Assembly: GCA_050084985.1 (NCBI GenBank)
Contig: JBITNC010000002.1
Coordinates: 40,052,001 to 40,116,000 of the forward strand
Source of the DNA: Nageia nagi
Taxonomy: Eukaryota > Plantae > Pinophyta
Length of the DNA: 64,000 nt
Reading direction: 5' to 3'
Shown: positions 12,301 to 25,634 of the stretch, in pieces
How the letters are laid out: every line of letters begins with the position of its first letter
Position numbering within the stretch: the stretch's first letter is position 1
Notes under the pieces: generated by a model
Database searches by the model: none
Seen by the model: only the letters and a program-made list of their open reading frames with translations
What the model was told of the DNA's origin: nothing
Translations under genes and position numbers: made by a program

Positions 12301-14600
12301 CACATTTAATCTTATGTTCACATTCATTCTCAATCATCTCTTTGAATTCTTAAAAAACTCAAATGCTTCATCTTTATGCTTCAAAAAATAGACCCAACTC
12401 ATTCTACTAAAATCATCAATGAAGGTGAGAAAATAAGAACTCATACCAAGACTTTTGTTTTGCATTGGTCCACATAAATCAGTATGAACCAACTATAGTG
12501 GGAATGAGGCCCTCCATGCTTTCCCATGATCAAATTTCTACCTTGTTTGCTTACCCAACACACAACCTTCACAAACTGATTCTGGATTTTCAATATGAGG
12601 TAAACCATGAACTAGCTCATGAGATAGTTTCAAACTACTGAAATTTACATGTCCAAATCTAATATGCCATAACCAGGACTCATCTTTAATAGCCACATTT
12701 GCAAGAATATTATCCCCCTTTTCTCTAAGTTTCAATGGGAATAAATGATTTGGAGACATTTTAACAGTAGAAACTAACTTATGCCCATGGTTCTTATCAA
12801 AAATTTTACACTTACCCTCATCAAAGACTAGCTTGTAGTTATTTTCCAACATTTGCCCAATACTCAACAAATTATGAGCCATATCTGGAGTGTGATACAC
12901 ATTGTGCATCTTCTTCATCCCATGCTTGGTAGGCACCTCAAGCATGCCTTTGCCAGCCACCTCAATTGCAGAATTATTGCCAAGCTTGATACTTGACTTG
13001 TAGGAATGGTCCATGGATGAAAGTAGCTCCCCCTTACCGGTCATATGGTTTGAACATCCAGAGTCCAACAACCAAGTCTCCTCTTATTTTGTTTCAGCCA
13101 TATTGGTTGTCTCCTCCATGGAAAGAAAGAGAGTTTCACCATACTCTTCTTCCTCTCCAAAATTTGCCACTTTTCCATCACCATTTGTCACTTGTTTTAC
13201 TCTACACTCCCTCTCATAATGCCCATACTTGTTGCAGTAGTAACATTGAGCATTCCTCTTGTCACCATTGCTTCTACCTCTTCCTCTTGTGCTAGAAGAG
13301 CCTCCTCTTCCTCTACCTCTACCTCTCCCTCTTTGCTGGCCTCTACCTCTGCCTCTACCTTGTCCATTTGAGCTAGAATCACCTTCTTTTGTAGCAAAGG
13401 CTTTCTCCTCTTTACTAGATTGGACTGGTTCATCATCAACCATTTCTTCATGAGACATAAGGCAGCCAATGAGAGAATCTATCTCCATTTGAGAGAGGTC
13501 TTTTGTCTCCATCAATATCACAGCAATGTGATGCCACTTCTTGGTAAGAGATCTCAGAATTTTTTTGATTACAATGGCCTTCTCCAAGGTCTCTCCAAGA
13601 GTTAGCATTTTGTTCACAATCTCTTTCACTCTAACACAATAATCTGAAGCTTTTTCACTCTCCTTCATTTTTAAATTCTCAAATTCTGTCCTTAGAATCT
13701 GCAATTTTACCTCCTTCACTTGATCACTCCCTTGGAATCCTGCCTTCAACACAGCCCAAGCCTCTTTGGCTGTCTTGTAGCTTGCAATTCTTGGAAAAAT
13801 GCTCCTATCAAGAGCTGCTTGGAGATGAGACAAGGTAAGAGATTTCTTGCTCCTACATTCCTTCATAGCTTTCTTATCTTCTGTAGAAAGACAGCTCCAA
13901 TCTGCTGGCTCTACATAGCCATCATCAACAACATCCCACAAATCTTTGCCAATGAGCAAAGTTTGTATCTTGATGCTCCAATATCCATAGTTAGTGCCAT
14001 CAAACTCTAGAATGGGAATGGAAGAGCTTGTGTTGCTGGCCATTATACCTGCAAACAAGAAACCAAAACACTACAAGCAACTTTTGCAATTGCTAAAAGC
14101 CACAGGCTTTCTCAAACCCAGCTTAGACCCAACAATGCTCTGATACCAAATGAAGAATTTTGACCATTACAGACTATTGGAACATCAAAAAATAGATTGC
14201 ATTACTATGGAGCAAGATTACAATCCTAGAGCTTCAAAAAACATTTCTAGAGCTCATCTGGAGCTAGTCTGGAGCTCATCTGGAGTTCATCTAGAGCACA
14301 TCCAGAGTTCATCTGGAGCACGTTCGGAGTTCGTAAAAAGTCCCTTTTCTCCTCTACTACTCTATCTAAGTTGGTTTGCAATTAAAGTATTTACAGCTCT
14401 CATCCATTACACATACAAACGTTACGTTGCAAGTCTGTTCCCAACTACTTCATTAGATTAAACAGTTTTAGCATATTCTTGTTGTAGCCACCAACTGCAT
14501 AGCCTCTAATCATAGCAGCCGTTAAACTGTGTAACAAGAAAAGAAAACACCTCAGCCAAGACAAGTGGAGTGAAATGAATTTGATGCTAAGTTGTCTACA
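9385..14600 (-). mobile_element. Element E: full-length Ty1/copia LTR retrotransposon inserted in the leader of C
   Basis: LTRs 9385-9846 and 14151-14600; TSD GTGAT (9380-9384 and 14601-14605); Met PBS revcomp at 14137-14148; PPT at 9847-9858. Confidence 0.96.
9798..14043 (-). pseudogene. Element E gag-pol (GAG, zinc knuckle, protease, integrase, RT, RNase H) with stops and frameshifts
   Basis: ORF pieces contain [81 protein letters not shown] and CDNQSAI. Several in-frame stops, and frameshifts near 12347 and 10322. Confidence 0.95.
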
Positions 14601-16877
14601 GTGATGTCTCCTTAGTCTTTTTGTCAATGAATTTACCTCCTCTTAGCTACACCATGGCCAAATGATGTCTATTGAAATGACACTATGACCTCCATGTGAG
14701 GGTTTTCACTCAATTTTTTTTTCCCTAACCATTTCATCTAATGCCCTTTATACCCTTTCATGACCATTACAAGGCCCCTGTGTTTGTTGCAACTACCATA
14801 AACCAAGCATCTCGAACTCGCAACATCTAAGCACCTCAAACTCGCTACCTCATCTTCACCTCATCATGACCTCATGCTCCATTTTACCCTCATTGTATGC
14901 CCTCACCATGACTCTTTTTCATGCCATGTCTATCCTCCCTCTACTCGCACCACCTCTACCTGCTCCCTCTGCTTGATCCCCTTCTCCTTGTGCCTATTGA
15001 GAGCACTTTTACTCAAGCTTCACCAATTTTTTTCTTCTTTTCTCAACCACTTTTTTTGCACTAATTACTTTAGTAGATGAACCATTAAATGATTTATCCT
15101 TTCATGCAAGAAATAGATAAATTATTTACTTAGTTTCTCCATTTATGGGTGTCCTTTATATTTAATTCTCTGACATGAGATAGAGCAAGAATCAAAAGTA
15201 AATGATGGCTTAGTAATTTTTGTTTCCTTATTTACTTGGAAAAAATCGTGAAGGTTACTTTTTTAGGGGGGGAGATCATCTTGTGGACTTCTTATTAAAT
15301 GCACCTAAATGTCTTATAAGTAACCTTTTTTAATCTTGCTAAATAAAACCTTTTTTTTTATTATTATACTTTTAAGTAAAAAAGGGGGGGATTTATATGA
15401 ATTTTTTACTTAAATGCCTATATTTTTAAGTTAAGTTCTATGCATGCTTAAATACTTATATTTGTTAAGTTAATAAATGCATGTTTAGTACTTAAATTTT
15501 ATGCATGCCTAATACTTGCTTAGAATTTAATTTTTGATAAATGCTTAAGGACTTAAAATTTAAGTTAGATACTTTTTTTAAGTCAAATAATGCATGCTTA
15601 AGGATTTAATTTTTTAATTTAATGCTTAGTACTTAAATTTTTTAAGTTTATGCTTAGAAATTAAAAATTTTAAGTTAAATAATAATGCATATTTAGTACA
15701 TAAGTTGGAATAATGCATGCTTAGTACTTAAGTTGGAATAATGTATGTTTATTACTTAAATTGTGATGCCTTTTTACTTCCTTATGCAAGTTATGGGAAT
15801 GTTACATGATATATTTGATGGGATATCTTCAAGTTATGAATGTCCTTATGCATTATTTTACAAAGTTAATGAATTAACTTGTGCGAATTATGAAATGGGT
15901 AATGCTTCTTAAGTTAAATAATGCATGCCTATTACTTATTTTTTAATAGATTATTGCATGCTTAGGACCTAATTCCTTAAGTTAACTTATGCAAATTTTT
16001 GGAATTAATACATACTTATGCTTAAGTATTTTTTTTTTTACAAAGTTAACTTGTGCAAAATTTGGATTGATGTAATGATGTCCTTTAGGGGTTGGTAAAC
16101 AAAACCCATTAGACACAGGTTTCAAGTTATTGAATGGATGATGTTTTACTTATGCTCTTTTATTTCATATTTTGTACTTTGATTTATTTGCTTATGCAAA
16201 TAAAAATGCAAATATTAATATGAGCAACCTCTAAAATGAACACATCAGCACATACATTCCATAACATGACTTATTTGGAAATCCATAAGGTGAGGATAGG
16301 TAGACTGGAGCCTTTAAGTACGATGATCTAAGTGGTGAAAAGTCCATACTTCTTAATTTCCCTTAAGTGCTTTGTTGGTTTAGATATAACTCTATTAGGT
16401 GGATAGGCATGTTTGTAGTGATACCACTGTTTGCACATGTATTCAAGGATTATCCTGATAACCTAGGAGGAAAACTTAAAACCTAATAAAGATTAATAAT
16501 TTAGCCAATCCAATAAATAACATAACCTTGGAAAATAACTAGTACTTCTCCTTGTGAGAGTATATTGCTACCCAAGGGGAACTGGTTGAGGATTGGTAGT
16601 ACTTGGGCTCCTTTTATGTGGGCATCTAGGTGAAGGCCTAATTTTAGATAAGAAAATAAGCTTCAATAATGTCACTCTACATCTACGATTATTAAGATGA
16701 GAAATGTATTTGGGCACATGGGTTATTATTTGAATTGTAAAACATTTGCACTTGTGAATCAAAGCAAGCATGTCTTTAATGTTAAATGTAACATGTATTA
16801 TTTATTTGGTTAAAACTTAACATTTAATATTATTTATTGAAATCACATGCTTATTATTTCACATTCTTATGTAGAAA

Positions 16878-19800
16878 ATGGAAGAATACTTTTTATCTAA
16901 ACACATTTTTGATGGTTCTAACTATGAAATTTGGGAACCTTGGATGAGAGTTGAATTGCAAGCAAGAAAGCTTTGGCAAATAGTGAATGAAAATCTTGTA
17001 CCCTCTACAAATGAGAAGGTACTAAAGTCTTACAACATAAATAATGAGTTGGCAACCTCCATGATTTACTGTGCAATTTTTAGATGATGTGTTCCTAATG
17101 ATTTCCTCTTCAACCTCAACAAAAGAAGCATGGGATAAACTTAAACAAATCTACCTTGGTTCAAACTTTTCAAGAATGTTGCTTCAATCTTGTCAAGGGG
17201 AAGATGAAAATGTGGCTATATACTTGAATAAAATTATTAACCTAAGAATCCAACTTGTTGCTTATGGATGCAATTGGATTAATGATGAGTTCATGGTCTT
17301 CATCATTCTTCAAAGCCTCTCTTCAAAGTTTAGAAACTTTTTAACAGTTATGGAAACAAGGCTTGATGATTAAGAAGAATTCATCTCCCTTAAGAACCTA
17401 TCTAGGCACCTATTGAAGCATGAGAAAACCCTTAATAATAAGGTGTTGATTTATTCTCCTAAGGATAATAACATTGCCCTTGCTGCAACCAAAACTCCTT
17501 TCAAGAAGAAGTTAGATTTAAAAAAAAAATCTTATCCTTATTCCTCCAAAAGGTTTGAGAAAAAAGGTAATGCTTACAACAATAATAAGAACAATAGGAA
17601 CAATAACCATAACAGCAAGAATAATGATAACAATAATCATTTCAAATAAAGAGATGAAAAAGGCAAAGTAAACACACCTTATCTTAAGAAACAATTTGAT
17701 GGTAATTGTAACTATTATGGCATTCAAGGTCATAAAAAAGATTGATTGATACAAAAAGAAAAGAGAAAAAAAGAACAAAAGAAATGAAAATGTAAAAAAC
17801 TACAAAAGAAAAAAATACTCGTGTTGGTTTTGCTATGGCACTCTACTCCATGTCTCACATTTTTTCATCTAAATGATTTGTTGACTCTGGTTGCACCAAT
17901 CACCCATGCTTTGAAAAAGAAAAGTTTAAAAACTTTTACAAGTATAATAAGGATGTGGTTGTGATAGGTGATAACTCTTCCCTTGAAGTCCATGGAATTG
18001 GAAGTGTGCTAATTCATGGAAGTGTGCTAATTAAGGATGAACCCTCTCTTCATGATCCAAGTTACTAGAAAAGGGTACTCTTTAGAGTTCAACTCTCAAT
18101 CTTGATGCATTAAGAAAGGACTTGCCACTTTAGTTAAAAGATTAGTGAAAGATAACCTCTAAATTATAGATCAAGTTCCATCAAAGATGTGTCTTACTTT
18201 TAGTATGTGTTCTAAAGGCAATGTTTAGCACCATAATTTAGGGCACCTTAACCATAAGAGTATTCAAGTCATGAAAGACCAAGAACTTGTAGAAGATTTA
18301 CCTTCAATTTCTCCTTAAATTTCTCTATGCAAGAAGTGCATTCTTGAAAAGATGCATAAATAAAAGTTTGAAAAAGAGAAGGTAATAAAAGCACTCAACT
18401 TCTTCAATTTATACATTCAGATTTGATGAATCCATTTCAAAATAAGTCACTTAAAGAAGCATCTTACATCTTGACCTTCATTGATGACTTTAGTAGGATG
18501 AACTTTGGGTATCTACTTGAGCACAAGGATTGTTGAAAAGAAAAATAGAACAATTATGGAGATAGATAGATGCATGTTGGGTAATATTCCTAGATTTTTA
18601 TAGGATGAAGCTATGAGCACTGCTATTTACACCTTGAATAGGTGTTCCACAAAAGCTAATTAGAGTAAAACTCCTTTTGAGGCACGATCAAGGAGAAAAC
18701 CTAACATTTCTCACCTTAAGGTGTTTGGTTGTGAAACATTCTCCTACATTATTTCTAAGAAAATGAAGAAGTTGAATAAAAGAGCTAAAAAATGCATCTT
18801 TATGGGTTATGATAGTCAACATAGAGGCTACAAGCTCTACTCTCCAACCTATAAAGTAGTGTTCATTTCAAGAAATATTAAGTTCAATGAACTTCTTCCA
18901 GAATCTAACTTCTCATGAGGATGTTGATGATCCAAAGGACTCTTTAATTGCTCCAAACTAGTTGGATATTGATGTAGATAAGTTATCTTAGGAACAAAAT
19001 TATCCAACACAAAGGGTAACAAGGAACATGACCTTGAATAAATCCTTAATTACCAAAATTAATAACAAGCATGAGCCCTCAACCTTCAAAGAAGCTTCTA
19101 AACATGAGTGCTAGATGGAAGCCATGAAAGTGGAGTATGAGGCACTTACGAAAAATTAAACTTAGAACTTGGTTCCTTATCTCAATGAAAAGAATGTGAT
19201 TGGCAATAAGTGGATCTACAAGGTCAAGTTCAATTTAATATGAGATATTGAGAAATACAAGGTAAAGTTAGTAGCTAAAAGTTTTGCTTAGAAATACGAT
19301 GTATATTATGAGAAAACCTTTGCTCCTATGGCAAAGATGCCTACTGTAAGAGTTATCTTTGCTCTTTCTATAGCTTAAGGATGGAAAGTTTTTCAACTTG
19401 ACGTCAAGAGTGCATTTCTCAATAAAAACTTAGATGTGAAAATCTTCATGAATCAACCAAAAGGGTTTATTGTGGAAGGCAAAAAGTCCTTTGCGTGTAA
19501 GCTAAAAAAGTCATTATATGGACTTAAGCAAGTATCTAAAGCCTAGTACAGAAAGATTTTAGGGTACTTTGTAGACATTGGATTCTTCAAGTGTTTTTTT
19601 GACTCTGATCTATATGTGCTCAATCAAGAAAAAGATGTGATCTTGATTCTCCTTTATGTGTATGATCTTTTGATTATTGGGAATAATGATAAAATCATTC
19701 AAGAGTGCATAACAAAACTTAAGGCAACATTTGAAATGACTGATCTTGGTCTCTTGCACTACTATCTTGGAATGCAAGTGTATCAATACAAGGATTGTAC

Positions 19801-20617
19801 TTACCTTAGTCAATCTAATTATATATCAAATATCTTGCAAAAATTTAGAATGGAGTGTAGATATGCTGCAATCTTAGTCTCTCTTGGAATCATTATTTCT
19901 CTAAGCTCCAACTCTTACTTAGTTGATGCTATAGTTTACAGGAAATTAATTAGTAGTCTTTTGTACTTAACTATATCTAAGCTAGATATTGCCTTTGCAG
20001 TGAATTTAATGGCATGATTCATGCAGAAACTTTATGTTGAGCACCTCAATGCTATTAAGCAAATCTTGAGGTATGTTGGAGGGACTAAGGATCTTGCTAT
20101 CAAGTATTCCAAGTTGCCCTTATTTATTCTCCCTAGATTCTCAAATTCTGATTATGGGGGGGATAGAGATGATAGGAAATCAACCTTTGCATATGTGTTT
20201 AGCATTAGTTTAGATGCTATCTCTTGGGCATCCAAGAAGCAGCCTACTATTTCTCTTTTCACCATAGAAACTGAATATCATGCCATATTTATTGTAGCCT
20301 AAGAAGCCATTTGGCTAAGGCATCTTTCGAAAGAACTTAGGTATGAGCAAGATGGCTCATATTTGATCTCTTCAAATAATCAATCAGCTATTTCTTTGGC
20401 TAAGAATCTAGTGTTCCATCAAAGAACAAAATGTGTGGAAATCCATGCCCATTTTATTAGGGAGAAGGCTCTTAATGGTGTCATACACCTAGACTATTGT
20501 CCATCCACCTTGAACTCTATTGATTTGTTCATCAAGCCTCTCTCAGAAGCTCAATTTTGTAAACTTAGGGATGTTATCGGGTTGGTGAAGTTGCCCTCAA
20601 GGGGAAGTAAAGTTTGA
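16878..20617 (+). pseudogene. Element C gag-pol, degenerate
   Basis: FDGSNYEIW gag start, DSG protease (~17883), integrase with an internal deletion at ~18530, LDVKSAFL RT motif, and RNase H (WASKKQ, NNQSAISLAKN). Many stops. Confidence 0.9.
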
Positions 20618-20743
20618 ATTCTTGTGTTGAATTCATGTTTATGATTACTTCACCCCTAGGAGGACTTTATGTTGTATAGTGTTGATTTTATTGTACACCT
20701 TCATGGTAAGTTCGCTTTGCATGAGAAACTTGTACAAAATTGA

Positions 20744-20958
20744 CCAATCTAGCATTGTTCAGTTATCCATATGTGAGGAACTCTTATGTGTCTTTTGGTA
20801 CTATTTAGTTATCCATATGTGAGGAATTCATATGTGCATACTTTATTTTTTGGTCAATCTAACACTATTCAGTTATCCATATGTGAGGAACACTTATGTG
20901 TCTTTTAGCACTATTCAATTACCCATATGTGAGGAACTCATATGTGCATGCTCTATTT
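20744..20958 (+). repeat. Higher-order tandem repeat (2 x ~110 bp, 4 cores) in the 3' UTR of element C
   Basis: Core agttatccatatgtgaggaa at 20761, 20807, 20871 and 20917 (spacing 46/64/46). Confidence 0.85.
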
Positions 20959-21907
20959 TGTAATGATAATCAACACATGTTTTATATATAGCAGGTGACT
21001 ATAAGTTTTTGGCATGGCATCTTTGTGATGAATTATAGTAAACCATTGATCAGTTCATGATGGTATTTGTGTGATTCATCTATCCTTGTTGATATGAATA
21101 TGATGCATCTAACTAATCTTGTTATTTGAGCTACTTATGACTTACAGGTTCCTTTGAGATTGCACATTACTTACCTCAGGTATGCAGGCTCTTGGAGACT
21201 CTTTATGACTTCCAGTTGGATGACTACTTCATGTACATTGATACTAATTATGGTTAATGATTATTTTTGGCAAAATAGTGAGTTTCAAACTAGATATTTT
21301 TTACTTCATAAATATGTAAAAATTTCTCATCTCCATTGTATCTATTTGGAGGAGAACTCTCTTACTTTATCTTCTTTTTCTCTCTTAGTCACTCTATGCC
21401 AATATTGAATTAAAAGGGAGTGTTGGAATGTATAATGCATTATTGTAAAGTTTTGTATTAAATCTTATAAGTTCACTAATACTTAAATGTATCGTTTGAT
21501 ACCTTAAGTATTTAAGTGAATATGATAATGTAACTTGTCCTACACTCCATGTCATGAGCATGCCCCTTAGGTAAAAGGATGTGCATGCCATGTTTTTGTA
21601 CATTGAATAAAAGGGTGATCCAAAGAGAGATTTTGGACTATAAATAGAAGGCTCTCTTTTTGTGATTATACACCAATTTGTGAAGTAAAGTTATGCTATA
21701 GGATAGTGGTAAGGAGAAAAGAGTAGAAGGATTGTAAGAGTTCATATTTGTTAAGAAGAAAGATCTAGTTAGTGGATGTACTCCTAGTTGGAGGAACTAC
21801 TTACATCTTGTGTTATGAGATTACTTTGTGAGTTTGTTAGATGTAATTGTGAGCTTTCTTGTGAAATTGGTTGATTAGAAATAATCTTGTTAGTGTTAGT
21901 TACTTCA

Positions 21908-24900
21908 AATATAAGAGTAAGACACTTTCATCCATGAGTGACAAAGATTATAATCTGTTGGATAGAAAGCCTTTGAGGGTTGTTATACCTTGTTTAAGTT
22001 CTAGTCTAGCTTTAAATATTTCAAGAGAGAAAATAACTAAAGGTGTAATGGAAAAAATTACTAAAACATATGAAAAGCCATCCACCTCAAATAAAGTATA
22101 GTGAACAAACTATTTAACATGAAGATGAATGAAGGTAATTCAACCCGAGAGACATGTTATTGAGTTTAATATGGTTACAAATCAACTAAGTTCATTTAAG
22201 ATTGAGTTTGATGATGAAATAAGAGCATTGTTATAATTGTATTCTCTTCCAGATAGTTAGAATAGTTTTATCATGGTTGTTAGTAACTATTCTTCTAATA
22301 CAAAATTGGTCTTTGATGGAATTGTTGGAACTATACTAAGTGAAGATATAAGAAGAAGATCTATAGGTGAAAGTTCCAATGTTGCTCTCAAGGTGGAGAT
22401 AAGGGGAAGATCAAGGGAAAAGAGAAAAATAAATTCAAGAGGAAAATCCAAAGCGAGATCAAAATTAAATTGGAATGTTGGCGTTGTGATAAAAAGGATC
22501 ACATTAAAAAGGATTGTTGGAATATAAAAGGAAAATAAGTAGAAGGTTGTAATAATCAAAGTAAACATAGTTGGTGATATATTATAAGATGCTCCAATAA
22601 TATCTCTTGATAAAAATGATGACTATTTGGTTATTGATTCAAGTGCTTCATTTCATGCTACCTTGCCTAAAAAATATTTTACAAACTACACACAAGATGA
22701 CTATGGTCAATGATTGCTAGGTAAAGCACACCCATGCAAAATTATTGGTATTGACAATATAATAATGAAAGTACATAATGGTACACAATGGACTCTTTAT
22801 GATTCAAGATATATTCTTGATCTTAAAATAAGTCTTATATCAGCAAGTAAATTGGATAAGGAAGGGTATATGGTTGCATTTGGTAATTCTAGTTGGAAGG
22901 TCACAAAAGGTTCAATGGTGGTCGCAAAGGTTAACTTGGTAGACACACTTTATTTGCTTACAAATTTCTTTGATTACTCCATGAATCTTATTTCAATAGG
23001 TGAAGATACAACACTATGGTTTAATATACTTGGGCACATGAATGAGAAAGGTATGAAAATATTACACTCTAGATGCTTGTTTCTAAATCTAAAAGAGATT
23101 GATATGTGATTTTACGAAGATTGTGTATATGGTAAATAAAGAAGAGTTAATTTTCTAAAAGTAGGCAAAGAAAAGAAAATTCAAAAGTTAGAGTTGGCTC
23201 ATACAAATGTGTGGGATCCTTCATAAGTTAGCTCACTTGGTGGATCATCTTACTTTGTCACTTTTATTAATGACTCTACTAGAAAGACATGGGCGTATTA
23301 CACTAAGAGTAAATATGAGGTGTTTGAAACATTTAATATCTGGAAGGCATTAGTTGAAAATGAAATAAGCTTAAAGTTGAACTATCTTAAATCTTGGTGA
23401 ATTTTGTAGTAAATAATTTGATACATTTTATTTACTCAATGGCATTAGAAGAATTAAGGTGGTTCCTAAAACTCCATAAGAAAATGGGGTTGCGAAAATA
23501 ATGAATAAGACTATATTAGAAAGGGATAGAAGCATGAAGATAAATGCATGATTAATTTTGAATCTTTGGGCTAATGTTGTTGATACTATTGTTTACTTGA
23601 TTAACAGGGGTCCATTTATGGCTTTAGATGGAGGCATTTCAAAGGAGATGTGGACATGTAAAAAGGTGAACTACTCATTCTTAAGAGTCTTTGGTTATGA
23701 AGCATTTACACATATTGATAAAGAGTATGAAAAAAACTTGATGCAAAGTCACAAAAATGCTATTTCATTAGGTATGTAATTGATATTTTGGGTTACATAT
23801 ATTATGGTATGTTGATAATCACAAAATTATTAGAAGTAGATATGTAATATTCAATTAGAAAAGCATGTACAAAGATAGGTTGTAGATTGTGCAAAAGGAA
23901 AAGGAAGAAGAACCATGATTTGTAACTTTTGATGATATTGATGAGCATGACAAACCTAAAGAGCAAAGTGAAGCATTTACATAATAAGAACCCCAAACTC
24001 CACCTACAGATGTAAGGAGATCTTGAAGTATTAGTAAATCTCCTGAATGTTATTCTCCTTCTCTTTATTATGTGCTTTATACTAATAGTGGTGAACCTGA
24101 ATATTTTTATGAATAAATGCAGGCTAGTACACAGATTAAGTGGGAGCATGCCATGAAGGAAGAGATGGAGTCTTTACTTCAAAACCAAACTCAGAGTTTG
24201 GTTAAGCTTCATAAGGGTGAAAGAGCACTTAGTGATAAATGGGTGTATAGGTTAAATGAAGAGGAAAATGGACAAAAGAAGTACAAGGTAAGATTTATGG
24301 TAAAAGGTTTCACTCAAAAGAAAGGTATAGATTTTGATGAGATCTTTTCTCTGATTGTAAAAATGAACTCCATTAGAACAATATTGAGTATTATTGCTAT
24401 TGAAAATCTATTTCTTAAACAAATGGATGTAAAGATAACTTTTTTCATGGTGACTCGAAGGAGGAGATTTATATGCATTAACCTCAAGGTTTCGAGGTCA
24501 AAGGTAAAGAAGGGTATGTGTGTAAATTGGAAAAGAGATTTTAAAGCCTCAAACAAGATCCTAGACAATAGTATCTTTAAATTTGATGCTTTCATGGTAA
24601 TAAATGAATTCACTAGATATCAATCGTTATCATTGTGTATACTTTAAGAGGACAAAAAATGGCAACTATATTATCTTGCTTTTGTATTTGGATGATATGC
24701 TAGTAGCAGGAACTAATATGCATGATATTGTTAATCTTAAAAAGAAGTTGGCTAAAACTTTTGCAATGAAGGATTTGGGTGGGCTAAGAAAATTATTGGA
24801 ATGAAAATAACAAGAGATAAAAAAATCACATGCAAAGATTAAGTCAAGAAGACTACACTGAAAAGGTTTAATATGAAGGATGCAAAATTTATAACTACAA

Positions 24901-25634
24901 CATTGGAAAAATGTTTCAAGCTTACTAAACATTTAAATCCTAAGATAGATGATGAAAAGGAGTATATGACTAAGGTTTCCTATGCTTTGACGGTTGGGAT
25001 TTTAATGTATGAAATGTTGTGTACTAGACTAGATATAGCATAAGTAGTGGGAGTTGTAAGCATGTTTATGAACAATATAGGAAAGGATAATTGGGAAGTA
25101 GTTACATGGATCCTTAGGCATTTTAGGGATACTTATCATTACTCTTTATGTTTTGGAGGTTCTAACACTTGTTTGTAAGGTCATATTAACTCTGATATGG
25201 CAAGTAATCATGATGGTGGGAGAAGCACTATAGTTTATGTCTTTACCATTGGTAGTACAACGGTTAGTTAGATCCCTAAGCTCCAATAAGTTATGGCACT
25301 CTCCACTATTGAAGTTGAGTATGTTGCTACCACAGAGGCAAGTAAAGAGCTAATTTGGTTACAAATATTATTGGAGGAATTGGGTAAGGTGTAGGAGAAT
25401 GCAAAACTATGGAGTGATAGTCAAAGTGCTATCCATATTCTAAAGAAATCAACCTTCCACTCTAGAACCAAGCACATCAAAATGAGTTACCACTTCATTT
25501 GGGAAGCATTGGAGGATGTTTCAGTAAAGTTGAGGAAGATTCATACTTCACAAAATCTTGTAGACATGTTTATTAAAGTTATAACAAAGGAGAAGTTGGG
25601 CTTTTACTCAATTTTGGTTGGCCTTAAGGAGTAA
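21908..25634 (+). pseudogene. Element A gag-pol remainder, highly degenerate
   Basis: DYNLLDRKPLRVVI gag continuation, WVIDSSASFH protease, integrase remnants, LLYLDDMLVAG RT, ALSTIEVEY and SDSQSAIH RNase H. Confidence 0.9.

Larger units (their letters stand above)
8138..21907 (+). mobile_element. Element C: Ty1/copia LTR retrotransposon with a long (~3 kb) leader, inserted in gag of A
   Basis: LTRs 8138-8613 and 21421-21907; TSD AATAT (8133-8137 and 21908-21912); PBS tggtatcaaagc 8617-8628; PPT aaaagggag 21412-21420. Confidence 0.92.

Noticed and set aside
20744-20958. CRISPR-like regularly spaced repeats
   Set aside because: The spacers are themselves repeated, the context is a eukaryotic retrotransposon, and there are no cas genes.
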